The translations under genes and the position numbers were made by a program. The notes beneath the pieces were generated by a model. The model did not search any database. It had not been told where the DNA came from and saw only the letters and a program-made list of their open reading frames with translations. Positions 1 to 10,687 of a DNA stretch of 64,000 bases are shown here, piece after piece. Origin of the DNA: an uncultured delta proteobacterium (GTDB taxonomy: Bacteria; Desulfobacterota; Binatia; Binatales; Binataceae); assembly GCA_963724765.1 (NCBI GenBank), contig CAVRVY010000004.1:352001-416000 (forward strand), written 5' to 3'. Each line of letters starts with the position of its first letter. Positions within the stretch are counted from its first letter, which is position 1.

Positions 1-280
1 CGTTCTCGACCACCGCTTCGATCACGAAATCGACCTCGCGTAAGTCGTCAAGTCGCGTGGTGGTCTTGATGCGGCTGAGAATGCGTTCAGATTCCTCGGG
101 CTTGACCCGGCCACGCTTGATCATCCGATCAAGGTCGCGTCCGATCTTTTCCACTCCGCGCCGGCACAGTTCCTCGCTTACGTCGTGAACCAGGACCTCA
201 AAGCCCGCCTGCCCCGCCACCTCGGCGACTCCGCCGCCCATCTGTCCCGATCCCACGATGCCCAGTCTGCTAACCGCCAT
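1..280 (-). CDS. 3-hydroxyacyl-CoA (3-hydroxybutyryl-CoA) dehydrogenase, N-terminal part, runs off window edge
   Basis: Manual translation from ATG at 280: MAVSRLGIVGSGQMGGGVAEVAGQAGFEVLVHDV...VDFVIEAVVEN. GxGxMGxG Rossmann motif and VIEAVxE motif; GAGAGG RBS upstream. Not in ORF track. Confidence 0.9.
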   Translation of the reverse strand, partial: MAVSRLGIVGSGQMGGGVAEVAGQAGFEVLVHDVSEELCRRGVEKIGRDLDRMIKRGRVKPEESERILSRIKTTTRLDDLREVDFVIEAVVEN

Positions 281-356
281 CAATTCCTCTCCGTCGGCGC
301 TCCGCTTCCGCCCGAAATTCCCGCGTAACGCATTTCCAGTCAAGTAAAATTCCCGC

Positions 357-719
357 TCAAGACATCTCCGGCGGTTTGTCGCCACTTCGCCACGTACCCT
401 CGCCGCCGCCGGGCCGCATCGCGCTGCGCACTCGGCGCACGTCTTCGGGCGACTGCCGCCCGGGCATCCCCAACCCGCGCATCAGCACGTTGGTCAACTC
501 CGAGGTCAGGCGGTCGCGCAGCGTTGGTTTCTCACCCACCTGTGCGTCGAGCACCCGGTCAACCTGATCCCGCGTCAGCCCCTCGGCGGCGAAAATATCC
601 ACCAATCCGACCAGCCCCACGGTGGGGCCGGCCTGCTCGATGATCCGGATGACCTTGCCGCAGACCGGGCAGGTCCTGCGAATCAGTCCAGCCCATTGCC
701 GGCAATAGAGGCAGCGCAT
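357..719 (-). CDS. Hypothetical protein with N-terminal zinc-ribbon (CxxC...CxxC)
   Basis: MRCLYC...TCPVCG; fills the gap co-oriented with the dehydrogenase. Confidence 0.65.
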   Translation of the reverse strand: MRCLYCRQWAGLIRRTCPVCGKVIRIIEQAGPTVGLVGLVDIFAAEGLTRDQVDRVLDAQVGEKPTLRDRLTSELTNVLMRGLGMPGRQSPEDVRRVRSAMRPGGGEGTWRSGDKPPEMS

Positions 720-864
720 CCTCGGTTCTGGTCAGCCGACCTCCCAAAGCGATAAAGCGGGCGAGCGAGCCCGCCACAGGCTCGCTGCCCCGCTCTGATT
801 TTGAAACTACACCGGCCCGTCGGGCGCGGCAAGCCGCTTCCGCTCTGTGCGCAGCTCGCTCACC

Positions 865-894
865 TTGACATCGTGAGGACTGGCATATTAACGT
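865..894 (+). promoter_or_regulatory. Putative sigma70 promoter of the iron permease
   Basis: TTGACA at 865-870 and TAACGT at 889-894 (18-bp spacer). Confidence 0.4.
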
Positions 895-900
895 ATCCGT

Positions 901-919
901 ATTGAGAATCACTCTCAAT
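901..919. promoter_or_regulatory. Fur-box-like 19-bp inverted repeat
   Basis: ATTGAGA-ATCAC-TCTCAAT, perfect 7-bp arms, resembles the Fur consensus, 45 bp upstream of an iron permease. Confidence 0.7.
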
Positions 920-964
920 TAAGCTGACTCGCGTGACACGTTAAACGACCAGGAAGAATTCCAA

Positions 965-1813
965 GTGCCCACCGCCCTGCCCTATTTTCTGTATTCCCTC
1001 GGCATCCTGGTGCGCGAGGGCTCGGAAGCCCTGCTGGTCATCGTCGCGCTGCTCGCCGCGGTGCGTGAGGCCGGACAGGAGCGGCGCGCGCGCGACATCT
1101 ATGCCGGCGCCCTGCTCGCGATAGGGCTGAGCCTCGCGCTGGCGTGGGCGGTCAATCATCTCATTGCCGACGACACCAGCGACACGCTGGAGGGCGTCTT
1201 CCAGTTGATGGCCGCGGCGACGCTTTTTTACGTAAGCTCGTGGCTGACCGCGCGCGGGCAGAGCGACCGTTGGCGCGCCTTCCTGCACAACAAGGTTGAA
1301 GCGTCGCGCGACGTCGCCGGACCGTCGATCGCGCTTGGGCTGACGGCGTTTCTGGCGGTGATGCGCGAGGGCGCCGAAACCATCGTGTTCTTCCAGGCGC
1401 TGCTCGGGGGTGCGACCGAAACTGTCGAGCGTCATGCGGTGACGGCGGGGCTGCTGACGGGCGCGGTAGCGCTGGGCGTGATTTTCCTGGTCCTGCGTAA
1501 GGCCGCCTTCCGCATCCCGCTCGGCTCGTTCTTCACCGCGACCTCGGTGCTGCTCTACGCGCTGGCGGTTATCTTCGTCGGCCAGGGAATCGCGAGCTTC
1601 CAGGAATCGGGCGTGATGCGCGCGACTTTCGTCGATTACGTGCCGACCATCCAGACGCTGGGACTCTTTCCCACCGTGCAGACGCTTGCGGCGCAAGCTG
1701 TAATGCTGGGATTGGCGGCCCTCGCGCTGTTCGCGCCGGCCGGGCCGCGCAAGCGCAAGCGCGGCGACGCACCAGCAGTGGCCGGCGCCAAGGTCAGCCC
1801 GCATATCGCGTAG
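965..1813 (+). CDS. FTR1/EfeU-family high-affinity iron permease
   Basis: Two RExxE motifs (REGSE, REGAE), about 7 TM helices, GQGIASFQESG and LGLFPT segments. Confidence 0.92.
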   Translation: MPTALPYFLYSLGILVREGSEALLVIVALLAAVREAGQERRARDIYAGALLAIGLSLALAWAVNHLIADDTSDTLEGVFQLMAAATLFYVSSWLTARGQSDRWRAFLHNKVEASRDVAGPSIALGLTAFLAVMREGAETIVFFQALLGGATETVERHAVTAGLLTGAVALGVIFLVLRKAAFRIPLGSFFTATSVLLYALAVIFVGQGIASFQESGVMRATFVDYVPTIQTLGLFPTVQTLAAQAVMLGLAALALFAPAGPRKRKRGDAPAVAGAKVSPHIA

Positions 1814-2013
1814 CCTCTTGCGCACGTCAGCTTCTTTCCGCATCGGCATCAGTTTCGTTCATCGCCCCAGCAGTCTTATTCATCCGAATTCTTCTTCGGT
1901 CTCATTCATCCGAATCGACCGCGGCTGCACGTGAGCGGCGCATTTTCATTTCGCATCGCTCCTGGTGCTGTTGCCCGCGCATCGCTAAAGCTGTACCCAG
2001 TTGGTCCTGAGGA

Positions 2014-2826
2014 ATGCGTACCATGCCGCCACTCGCCAATGACCCGGTCCCCGAGACGGCCAGCAAACCCGCAGCGCCAAAAGCAGCGCCCGAGCCATCG
2101 CAGCCGCCGCAGCGCGGCATAGTCGATTTTGTATGGGGCGCCGCCGCCACGGTCTTGGCCGTGCTCTACACCGCGGTCCTCGCGCCGTGCGCCGCGCTCG
2201 TGAGCATTTTCGGCTATCCCCATCTGGCCACACCGGTCAGCCGCCTGTGGGGCTGGCTGATCGTGCGCACCAGCGGCATCAAGGTCGAGATCGAAGGGAT
2301 GGAGCACCTGGCTGGCCTGAAGTCCTACGTCCTGGTCTCCAACCATCAGAGCTTCTTCGACATCTTTGCGATCTGCGCCTGGATGCCGGGGGAGCCGCGC
2401 TTCGTGGCGAAACAGGAGCTGGGGAAAATACCCGTACTCGGGTTGGCGATGCGCCGTTCTGGGCACATCATGATTGACCGCGCGCGCGGCGGCCAGGCAA
2501 TTCGAAAGGCAATCAAGATGGCGCGCGAGGGCTTTTCGATCGTGGTTTTCGCCGAGGGCACGCGCTTCAGCGACAACCGGGTGCATCCGTTCAACGACGG
2601 CGCGGCGTGGCTGGCGATTGCGACGCGGCAAAAGTGCGTGCCGATGGCGATCAGCGGCACGGCCAGTTTCTTTCCGCGCGGCGCGCGAATCGTGCGGCCG
2701 GCGGGCCGAATGAGGATGGCGATTGGACCGGCCATCGACACCACGGATCTGCACGGCGCCGACCGGGAGTCGCTGACGCGCCAACTCGAAGACAGCGTGC
2801 GCTCGCTCTTCCGCACCGAGGTGTGA
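2014..2826 (+). CDS. plsC: 1-acyl-sn-glycerol-3-phosphate acyltransferase
   Basis: NHQSFFD (HxxxxD) and FAEGTR motifs; start may be ATG 2023. Confidence 0.9.
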   Translation: MRTMPPLANDPVPETASKPAAPKAAPEPSQPPQRGIVDFVWGAAATVLAVLYTAVLAPCAALVSIFGYPHLATPVSRLWGWLIVRTSGIKVEIEGMEHLAGLKSYVLVSNHQSFFDIFAICAWMPGEPRFVAKQELGKIPVLGLAMRRSGHIMIDRARGGQAIRKAIKMAREGFSIVVFAEGTRFSDNRVHPFNDGAAWLAIATRQKCVPMAISGTASFFPRGARIVRPAGRMRMAIGPAIDTTDLHGADRESLTRQLEDSVRSLFRTEV

Positions 2827-2896
2827 GCCGGGCGGATTCGCAGCCGAAGGTCGGTATTACGGGCGACACCGAAAATCGCGGCGCGCGCTATAAATG

Positions 2897-3271
2897 TCAG
2901 ACCTTGCGGTCGAAGATGAAGAGCGGGACCTGGTTGGCGATCTTCGGATCGAGTGCGAGCACGCGGCGGCCTTGATCGATTTTCAGCGCCGGAGGCTCGA
3001 TGCCCGCGCTTTTTAGCGCCGCCGCGACTTGCCCGACGTCTTGCGCCTCCAGCCACAGCGCCGCCAGTCCCTCGCCGTTGCCGGCGATCGTCGCCGCCGC
3101 GGCGGCGCCAGCGATCAGGCGGATTTCCGCGCCACCCACTTTTAGCGTAGCGCTGTCGGCGGCGGAACCGGGTTTCAATTCGAAGCCGAAGTTTTGCTGG
3201 TAAGTCCTGACCGCGTCCGCAAGATCGGCCGTCGCAACTTCCAGCGTATCGAATCGTTTCAGCAGTGCCAT
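2897..3271 (-). CDS. VOC/glyoxalase-family protein (methylmalonyl-CoA epimerase-like fold)
   Basis: DTLEVATADLADAVRTYQQNFG and GEGLAALWLEAQDV patterns. Confidence 0.7.
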   Translation of the reverse strand: MALLKRFDTLEVATADLADAVRTYQQNFGFELKPGSAADSATLKVGGAEIRLIAGAAAAATIAGNGEGLAALWLEAQDVGQVAAALKSAGIEPPALKIDQGRRVLALDPKIANQVPLFIFDRKV

Positions 3272-3326
3272 AGTTTCACCGTTTCACGGTATCACCCGTC
3301 GTTTGAGGATCGTCGCCGCGACAGGA

Positions 3327-4079
3327 TCATTGCTTCGAGGGCGCCATCGTGAGATCAACCGTGGCTGTCTTGCCCGGCTCGACCGTTACCTTGCGCATCC
3401 GGACGCCGAGCTCTTCCTGCCATACCTTGAGCGTGTAGGTCCCCGGCGGAACGTCCTTGATCGTAAACTTGCCGCTGCCGTCAGTCACCGCATAGTAAGG
3501 ATTGCCTGCCACGAACCACCATCCGTGCATCCAGTTGTGCGCGTCGCAACTCACGTCGATCAGTTCCGGATATTTGAGCGGCGCGGTCACGATCACGCGC
3601 TTGAACGGCGGCTGAGCCATGTCGAGTGCGGGGTTGAGTTTGGACTCGGTGCGGACGCTGTGCAGGATGCCGTCGGAGTTGACGATATCGACCGTGCTGC
3701 CTGCAGGAAAGGCCAGCACGTGCGGTATGTAGGCGCAGCCCTTCTGGTCGAACTTTACGTGGCTGAGCGGAGTCAGCGGCGCGCCCTTGGCGATGTCGGG
3801 GAGGCTGACGACGGCGTTGGCGATACCGCCGGCGGCGTCCACTATCAGGCTTTCGTCATAATGCGGCGCGGCGCCGCATACCTCGCGATCCTTGCTGATT
3901 TCGACCGCCTTGCGCGCCGGCGGCGCGCCGGCGAACTTGACCGTGCCGACGATTGTACCGCCGTCCTTGACGGACTCGGCCTGATAGGCGCGCACGTGGG
4001 CCGCAGGCATCAGCAATGCGATCGTTACGGCGGCAGCGGCAATGCGGGCGATGGCTGAGAGACGGGGCCGGTCGCGCAA
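3327..4079 (-). CDS. Secreted cupredoxin-like protein with carboxypeptidase-regulatory-like C-terminal domain
   Basis: Signal peptide; DQKGCAYIPHV, NSDGILHSV, CDAHNWM; GKFTIKDVPPGTYTLKVWQE. Confidence 0.8.
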   Translation of the reverse strand: MRDRPRLSAIARIAAAAVTIALLMPAAHVRAYQAESVKDGGTIVGTVKFAGAPPARKAVEISKDREVCGAAPHYDESLIVDAAGGIANAVVSLPDIAKGAPLTPLSHVKFDQKGCAYIPHVLAFPAGSTVDIVNSDGILHSVRTESKLNPALDMAQPPFKRVIVTAPLKYPELIDVSCDAHNWMHGWWFVAGNPYYAVTDGSGKFTIKDVPPGTYTLKVWQEELGVRMRKVTVEPGKTATVDLTMAPSKQ

Positions 4080-4100
4080 AGTTATCTCGGCGGCTGCCTG

Positions 4101-4718
4101 CTAGGCCAGCTTAGTGGCGATTACGACGCGATGGACCGAGAAGCGCGCGATACGCTCGTTGCGCTCGACGTCGATCTTGTGGCCGTCGAGCACGTCGCTG
4201 ACGCGCAGCCGCGTGGTCCATCCCAGATGCCTGGTCAGCGGGTTGGCGGCCCATACCAGCGAGTAGAGCAGCGGATTCTCGCTCGCGAAATGGTTGACGT
4301 GAACGATCTTGCCCCCCGGCTTACACACCCGCACCATCTCCTGCATCATGCGCAGCGGATCGGGCACTACCGTCATCACATGGAAGCTGGTAACCCACTC
4401 GAAGCTGTTGTCGGGAAAATCCAGCTTGAGCGCGTCGCCCTGGCGAACGTCGATATGGCTCCAACCGTTCTCACGCGTCTTCTTGATCGCAAGCGCGAGC
4501 ATGTCGGCGGAAGGGTCGATACCCACGACCTTAACGTAGGCCGGATAGGCGTCGAGCGAAATGCCGGTCCCCACGCCGACTTCGAGCACCTGCTGACCCG
4601 GCCGCAGATTGAGCTGCTCGATTATCTCGTGTTCGTGATCGACGAAGATCCGTCCGAAGGTATGATCGTAAAAACGTGCCAGGTCGGAATAGACACGGCT
4701 CTGATGCGGTTCGCCCAT
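4101..4718 (-). CDS. pmtA: SAM-dependent methyltransferase, phosphatidylethanolamine N-methyltransferase-like
   Basis: YDHTFG, VLEVGVGTGISL, VTSFHVMTVVPDP, VNHF: Rhodobacter-type PmtA pattern. Confidence 0.78.
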   Translation of the reverse strand: MGEPHQSRVYSDLARFYDHTFGRIFVDHEHEIIEQLNLRPGQQVLEVGVGTGISLDAYPAYVKVVGIDPSADMLALAIKKTRENGWSHIDVRQGDALKLDFPDNSFEWVTSFHVMTVVPDPLRMMQEMVRVCKPGGKIVHVNHFASENPLLYSLVWAANPLTRHLGWTTRLRVSDVLDGHKIDVERNERIARFSVHRVVIATKLA

Positions 4719-4813
4719 CGCTTAAACCTCAAACCTCTAATGCGGGATACGCCGCCGCGCTTGCACGGATACGGCGCGCGCATCGCCACGCCCGAAACTT
4801 TTCAACCCTGGCG

Positions 4814-5008
4814 CTAGGCTGCCGCGTTGATGCCGCGCGTCTGGCGCTTGAATGAGGCGACGTCGCGCTTGCGGAAGCGCCACTGCCGTCCCTTCTTGAA
4901 CGCGGGCAGTATATTGCGGCGTGCGAATTCGTTGACTGTGTCGGGGCTCAGATCCAAGAGAAAGGCAACTTCCCGCGAGTTCAAAAGCACGTCGTCTTTA
5001 TCTGCCAT
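4814..5008 (-). CDS. Small excisionase/BldC-like (HTH_17) DNA-binding protein
   Basis: LLNSREVAFLLDLSPDTV...LPAFKKGRQWRFRKRDV. Confidence 0.85.
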   Translation of the reverse strand: MADKDDVLLNSREVAFLLDLSPDTVNEFARRNILPAFKKGRQWRFRKRDVASFKRQTRGINAAA

Positions 5009-5166
5009 GGTCGTGCTCTAAGGCTCGCGGTTTTTAATATGAACCCTTCTACCAAGTCAAGTTATTGTGGCAAAACGCCGCCCGCGCCGCCATGCTCGAA
5101 GGACGATCATGTGCGCGCATCTCGCTTCGCGGCATCTAAGCCATAATTATTTCATTATAACGTCTA

Positions 5167-6840
5167 TTAGACGCTAATAGTGTTCAAGCGCCGCATCGAG
5201 ATCAAATAATCATACCACGCCCGCGTCACCACGAAGCATGAAAACACGCCGGTCAGCACGCCCACGCACAGCGTTACCGCGAAGCCTTTCACCGGACCTG
5301 TACCAAACTGGAACAGGATCAGGCCGGCCACGAAGGTCGAGATGTTGGAGTCACGGATCGCGGACCACGCGCGCTCATAACCGAGGCGGACCGCCTCGCG
5401 CGGCGTCTTGCCCTGGCGCAACTCCTCGCGCATCCGCTCATTGACCAGCACGTTGGCGTCGACCGACATTCCGAGCGTCAGCACGATACCGGCGATTCCG
5501 GGCAGCGTCAGCGTCGCCTGCATTGCCGACATCACGCAGATGAGCAGCAGGATGTTGAGCGAGAGACCGAAGTCAGCCAGCAAGCCGGCGCCGCTGTAGT
5601 ACACGGCCATGAAAATCAACACCACCAGCGCGCCGACCACGAACGACAACTCGCCCTCGTGGATCGAGTCGCGCCCCAGCGAGGGTCCGACCGTGCGCTC
5701 CTCGATAATCTCGACCGGCGCCGGCAGCGCGCCCGAGCGCAGCACGATCGCCAGTTCGTGCGACTCGTCGTAGGTGAAATTGCCGGTTATCTGCACGTGG
5801 CCGCCGGGAATCGGTTCCTTGATGACGGGGGCGGAGTAAACCACGCTGTCGAGCACGATGGCGATCTTGCGGCCGACGTTGGCCGAAGTGATGGCGGCGA
5901 AAATCTGCGCGCCGCGCTGGTCGAGGTCGACGGTGACGTACGGACCTTCGAGCTGTCCGCCCGGACGTACGCGTGCGTCGGTGATAGTGTCGCCGGTGAG
6001 CAACACCGGGGCCTCGATCAGGTAGGGTTCGCGGCCGCCGCGATTGGCTGGCCCGTAAAGGATTTCGTCACCCGGTGGCGGGCCGTCGCGCAACGCGTCG
6101 GAGACCGAATGATTGTCGTCGACCAGCTTGAACTGGAGCACGCCGGTCTTGCCGATCAACTCCTTGGCGCGCTCGGGGTCCTGGATACCGGGGAGCTGCA
6201 CCAGAATCTCGTCGTTGCCCTCCTGGGCGATAGTGGTCTCGCGCACTCCGAGCTGGTCGATTCGATTGCGGATGGTTTCGAGCGCCTGCTCCATCGCATT
6301 GCGGCGCACCTGGTCGAGCTCCATCGGCCGGTAGGTCAGTCTGTAGGTTGGCCCGCTATCACTCGAGTTGGGCGCCAGGCCGATCACCATGTCGGAAAAC
6401 ATCTTGCCCGCAAGGTCGAGGAAGGCGGAGCGCTCATCCGCGCTCGGCAAGGTCACCAGCACGGCGCCCGAAGCGTCCCGGGTGACGCTTTTTACTTCGA
6501 GCTTGTTCCGTTTCATCTCCTGTTTGACGTCGTCGGCGACGCGGCGCAGTTGAGTATTGACCGCTTCCTGGAGTTTGACCTCGAGCAAAAGATGGGTGCC
6601 GCCCTGGAGGTCGAGTCCCAGCTGGATTTTCGGTGTCGGGATATTGTTGGTCCACCAGTCGGGCAGCGCGCCGCTGATGCTGGGCAGCAGAATCAGCACC
6701 GCCAGGGCGGTCAGCGCCGCGGCCAGGTAAAGCCGGGTGCGGCCGCTGCCGCCGGTGAAGTGCAGCCACAAAAATGCGCCTGCCACCGCGAGCAGGATGA
6801 TTATCGGGATGAAATCAGCGTTAGCGCTTGCGTTTTCCAC
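5167..6840 (-). CDS. secD: Protein translocase subunit SecD
   Basis: LGLDLQGG, RIDQLGVRE, LRSGALPA, VGPSLG, GMSVDANVLVNERMREE. Confidence 0.96.
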   Translation of the reverse strand: MENASANADFIPIIILLAVAGAFLWLHFTGGSGRTRLYLAAALTALAVLILLPSISGALPDWWTNNIPTPKIQLGLDLQGGTHLLLEVKLQEAVNTQLRRVADDVKQEMKRNKLEVKSVTRDASGAVLVTLPSADERSAFLDLAGKMFSDMVIGLAPNSSDSGPTYRLTYRPMELDQVRRNAMEQALETIRNRIDQLGVRETTIAQEGNDEILVQLPGIQDPERAKELIGKTGVLQFKLVDDNHSVSDALRDGPPPGDEILYGPANRGGREPYLIEAPVLLTGDTITDARVRPGGQLEGPYVTVDLDQRGAQIFAAITSANVGRKIAIVLDSVVYSAPVIKEPIPGGHVQITGNFTYDESHELAIVLRSGALPAPVEIIEERTVGPSLGRDSIHEGELSFVVGALVVLIFMAVYYSGAGLLADFGLSLNILLLICVMSAMQATLTLPGIAGIVLTLGMSVDANVLVNERMREELRQGKTPREAVRLGYERAWSAIRDSNISTFVAGLILFQFGTGPVKGFAVTLCVGVLTGVFSCFVVTRAWYDYLISMRRLNTISV

Positions 6841-6896
6841 TTTTTCACTTTTCCAGTTGAACTTCGCGAAGCTTTTGAGCCCGGTGCGGGCCCCTG

Positions 6897-7268
6897 CTAC
6901 TCCGCTTTCTCCTTCTTGCCGGCCGCAGGCTTGCCATAGCTGGAGAGCGCGGTTATCTGGCTGCGCTCGACCCGCACGCGCACGTTCGGCGCGACCTCCA
7001 GAACCACCACTTTGTCGCCAATCTCATTGATCCGGCCCAACAGTCCGCCCGTGGTCACCACTTCGTCGTTGCGCTTGAGCTTTGCGAGCATGTCGCGATG
7101 CTCGCGCGCCTTGGTGGTCTGCGGGCGGAGGAAGAACCAGTAAAACGCGAGGATGAGGAGCGCGAACGGCACCCCCGGTCCATACAGCAATTGATCGATA
7201 AGCGGCGCCTGGGCTCCCGCGGCTGGGGCGGCCGAGCTTTGTGCCCACGCAATTCCTTCAAACAACAT
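6897..7268 (-). CDS. yajC: Preprotein translocase subunit YajC
   Basis: FYWFFLRPQ, LKRNDEVVTTGGLLG; upstream of secD. Confidence 0.95.
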   Translation of the reverse strand: MLFEGIAWAQSSAAPAAGAQAPLIDQLLYGPGVPFALLILAFYWFFLRPQTTKAREHRDMLAKLKRNDEVVTTGGLLGRINEIGDKVVVLEVAPNVRVRVERSQITALSSYGKPAAGKKEKAE

Positions 7269-7286
7269 CGGTTACTCTTTTACCTT

Positions 7287-9466
<2,180 letters not shown>

Positions 9467-9552
9467 TCCGATGGCGCTCGAACAATCGTGCCAGCGCCAA
9501 CAGATAAAAATATCATCGCCTGCGCGACCGCGATACGCATGTTGGCGTCTCT

Positions 9553-9583
9553 GAAGAGGGGCCGTTCGTGAACGGCTCTCTTC
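9553..9583. repeat. Intergenic palindrome, degenerate REP-like hairpin
   Basis: GAAGAGGGGCCGTTC-GT-GAACGGCTCTCTTC between the quinone oxidoreductase and queA. Confidence 0.45.
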
Positions 9584-9595
9584 CAGCGCCAGAGC

Positions 9596-10576
9596 CTAGG
9601 CGATCCGCAAAACGATCTTGCCGAAATGCTCGCTCGCCGCCATCATGCGATGCGCCTCGGCCACGTCCGCCATCGGAACGACTTTGTAAATCGGCGGGCG
9701 AAGCCGACCGGCTTCGAGCGCCGCGCCGAAACGCGCGAGCAACGCGGCGACGATCTGCGCCTTCTCCTTTTCCGGACGCGTGCGCAGCGTCGAGCCCATC
9801 ACCTTTAAATGACGCCGCAGGACCGCGGTCAAATCAATCTCGGTGCGCGCGCCCTTCATCAGGCCGATCAAAACCAGCCTCCCTCCGTACGCAAGCGCTT
9901 CGAGATTCAGACCCAGGTAGGCCGCGCCGATACTGTCGAGAATGACGTCCACGCCGCGTCCGCTGGTGGCCGTTTTGACCGCGGCAGGGAACGGGCCCGA
10001 GTTGTAATTGATCGCAACGTCTGCGCCGAGCTTGAGGCACTGCTCGCACTTGGTGTCGTTGCCCGCGGTCACGATCGAGCGCACTGCCGCCTCCTTGCAG
10101 AGCAGGATTGACGCCGTGCCGACGCCGCTGCCGCCGCCGTGCACCAGCACCGACTCCCCGGCCCTGGCCTCTGCCAGCATGAAGATGTTGAGGAATGCGG
10201 TGAGGAAGACCTCGGGAAACGCTGCACCCTCCTCGTCGCTCATCGAGGCTGGGACTTTCATCGCCGAGCCGCTATCTATCGCCGCCAACTCGGCATAGCC
10301 GCCGCCCGCCAGCAGAGCCATCGCGCGCTCGCCGACGCGCCATCCACTGACTCCCGCTCCCACCGCGGCGACCTCGCCCGCGCATTCCAGGCCCATGATT
10401 TCCGAGGCGCCCGGCGGCGGCGGATAGAACCCCGCGCGCTGCATCAGGTCGGCGCGGTTCAGTCCCGCATACTTCACCCGGATCAGCAACTGGCCCGGCC
10501 CGGCCTTGGGATCGGCGGCCTCGCCAATTTTGAGCACGCTTTCGTCGCCAGGCTTCTCACAAACTACCGCCTTCAT
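9596..10576 (-). CDS. NAD(P)H-quinone oxidoreductase, PIG3/Qor family
   Basis: GLNRADLMQRAGFYPPPPGAS, VLVHGGGSGVGT, HFGKIVL. Confidence 0.92.
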   Translation of the reverse strand: MKAVVCEKPGDESVLKIGEAADPKAGPGQLLIRVKYAGLNRADLMQRAGFYPPPPGASEIMGLECAGEVAAVGAGVSGWRVGERAMALLAGGGYAELAAIDSGSAMKVPASMSDEEGAAFPEVFLTAFLNIFMLAEARAGESVLVHGGGSGVGTASILLCKEAAVRSIVTAGNDTKCEQCLKLGADVAINYNSGPFPAAVKTATSGRGVDVILDSIGAAYLGLNLEALAYGGRLVLIGLMKGARTEIDLTAVLRRHLKVMGSTLRTRPEKEKAQIVAALLARFGAALEAGRLRPPIYKVVPMADVAEAHRMMAASEHFGKIVLRIA

Positions 10577-10687
10577 CGCTGGAACATCCTCCAATCGCGG
10601 CACTGGCGCAAAGTACGCGCCGCGCACAAACGCGGAGAGGGTCCGCGCTGGACCCTCTCCGGAAAACGAAACCGCGAACGCCGCGAG

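Noticed and set aside
9479-9495. Possible sigma54 site before queA (TGGCACGATTGTTCGA)
   Set aside because: The -12 position reads CG rather than GC.
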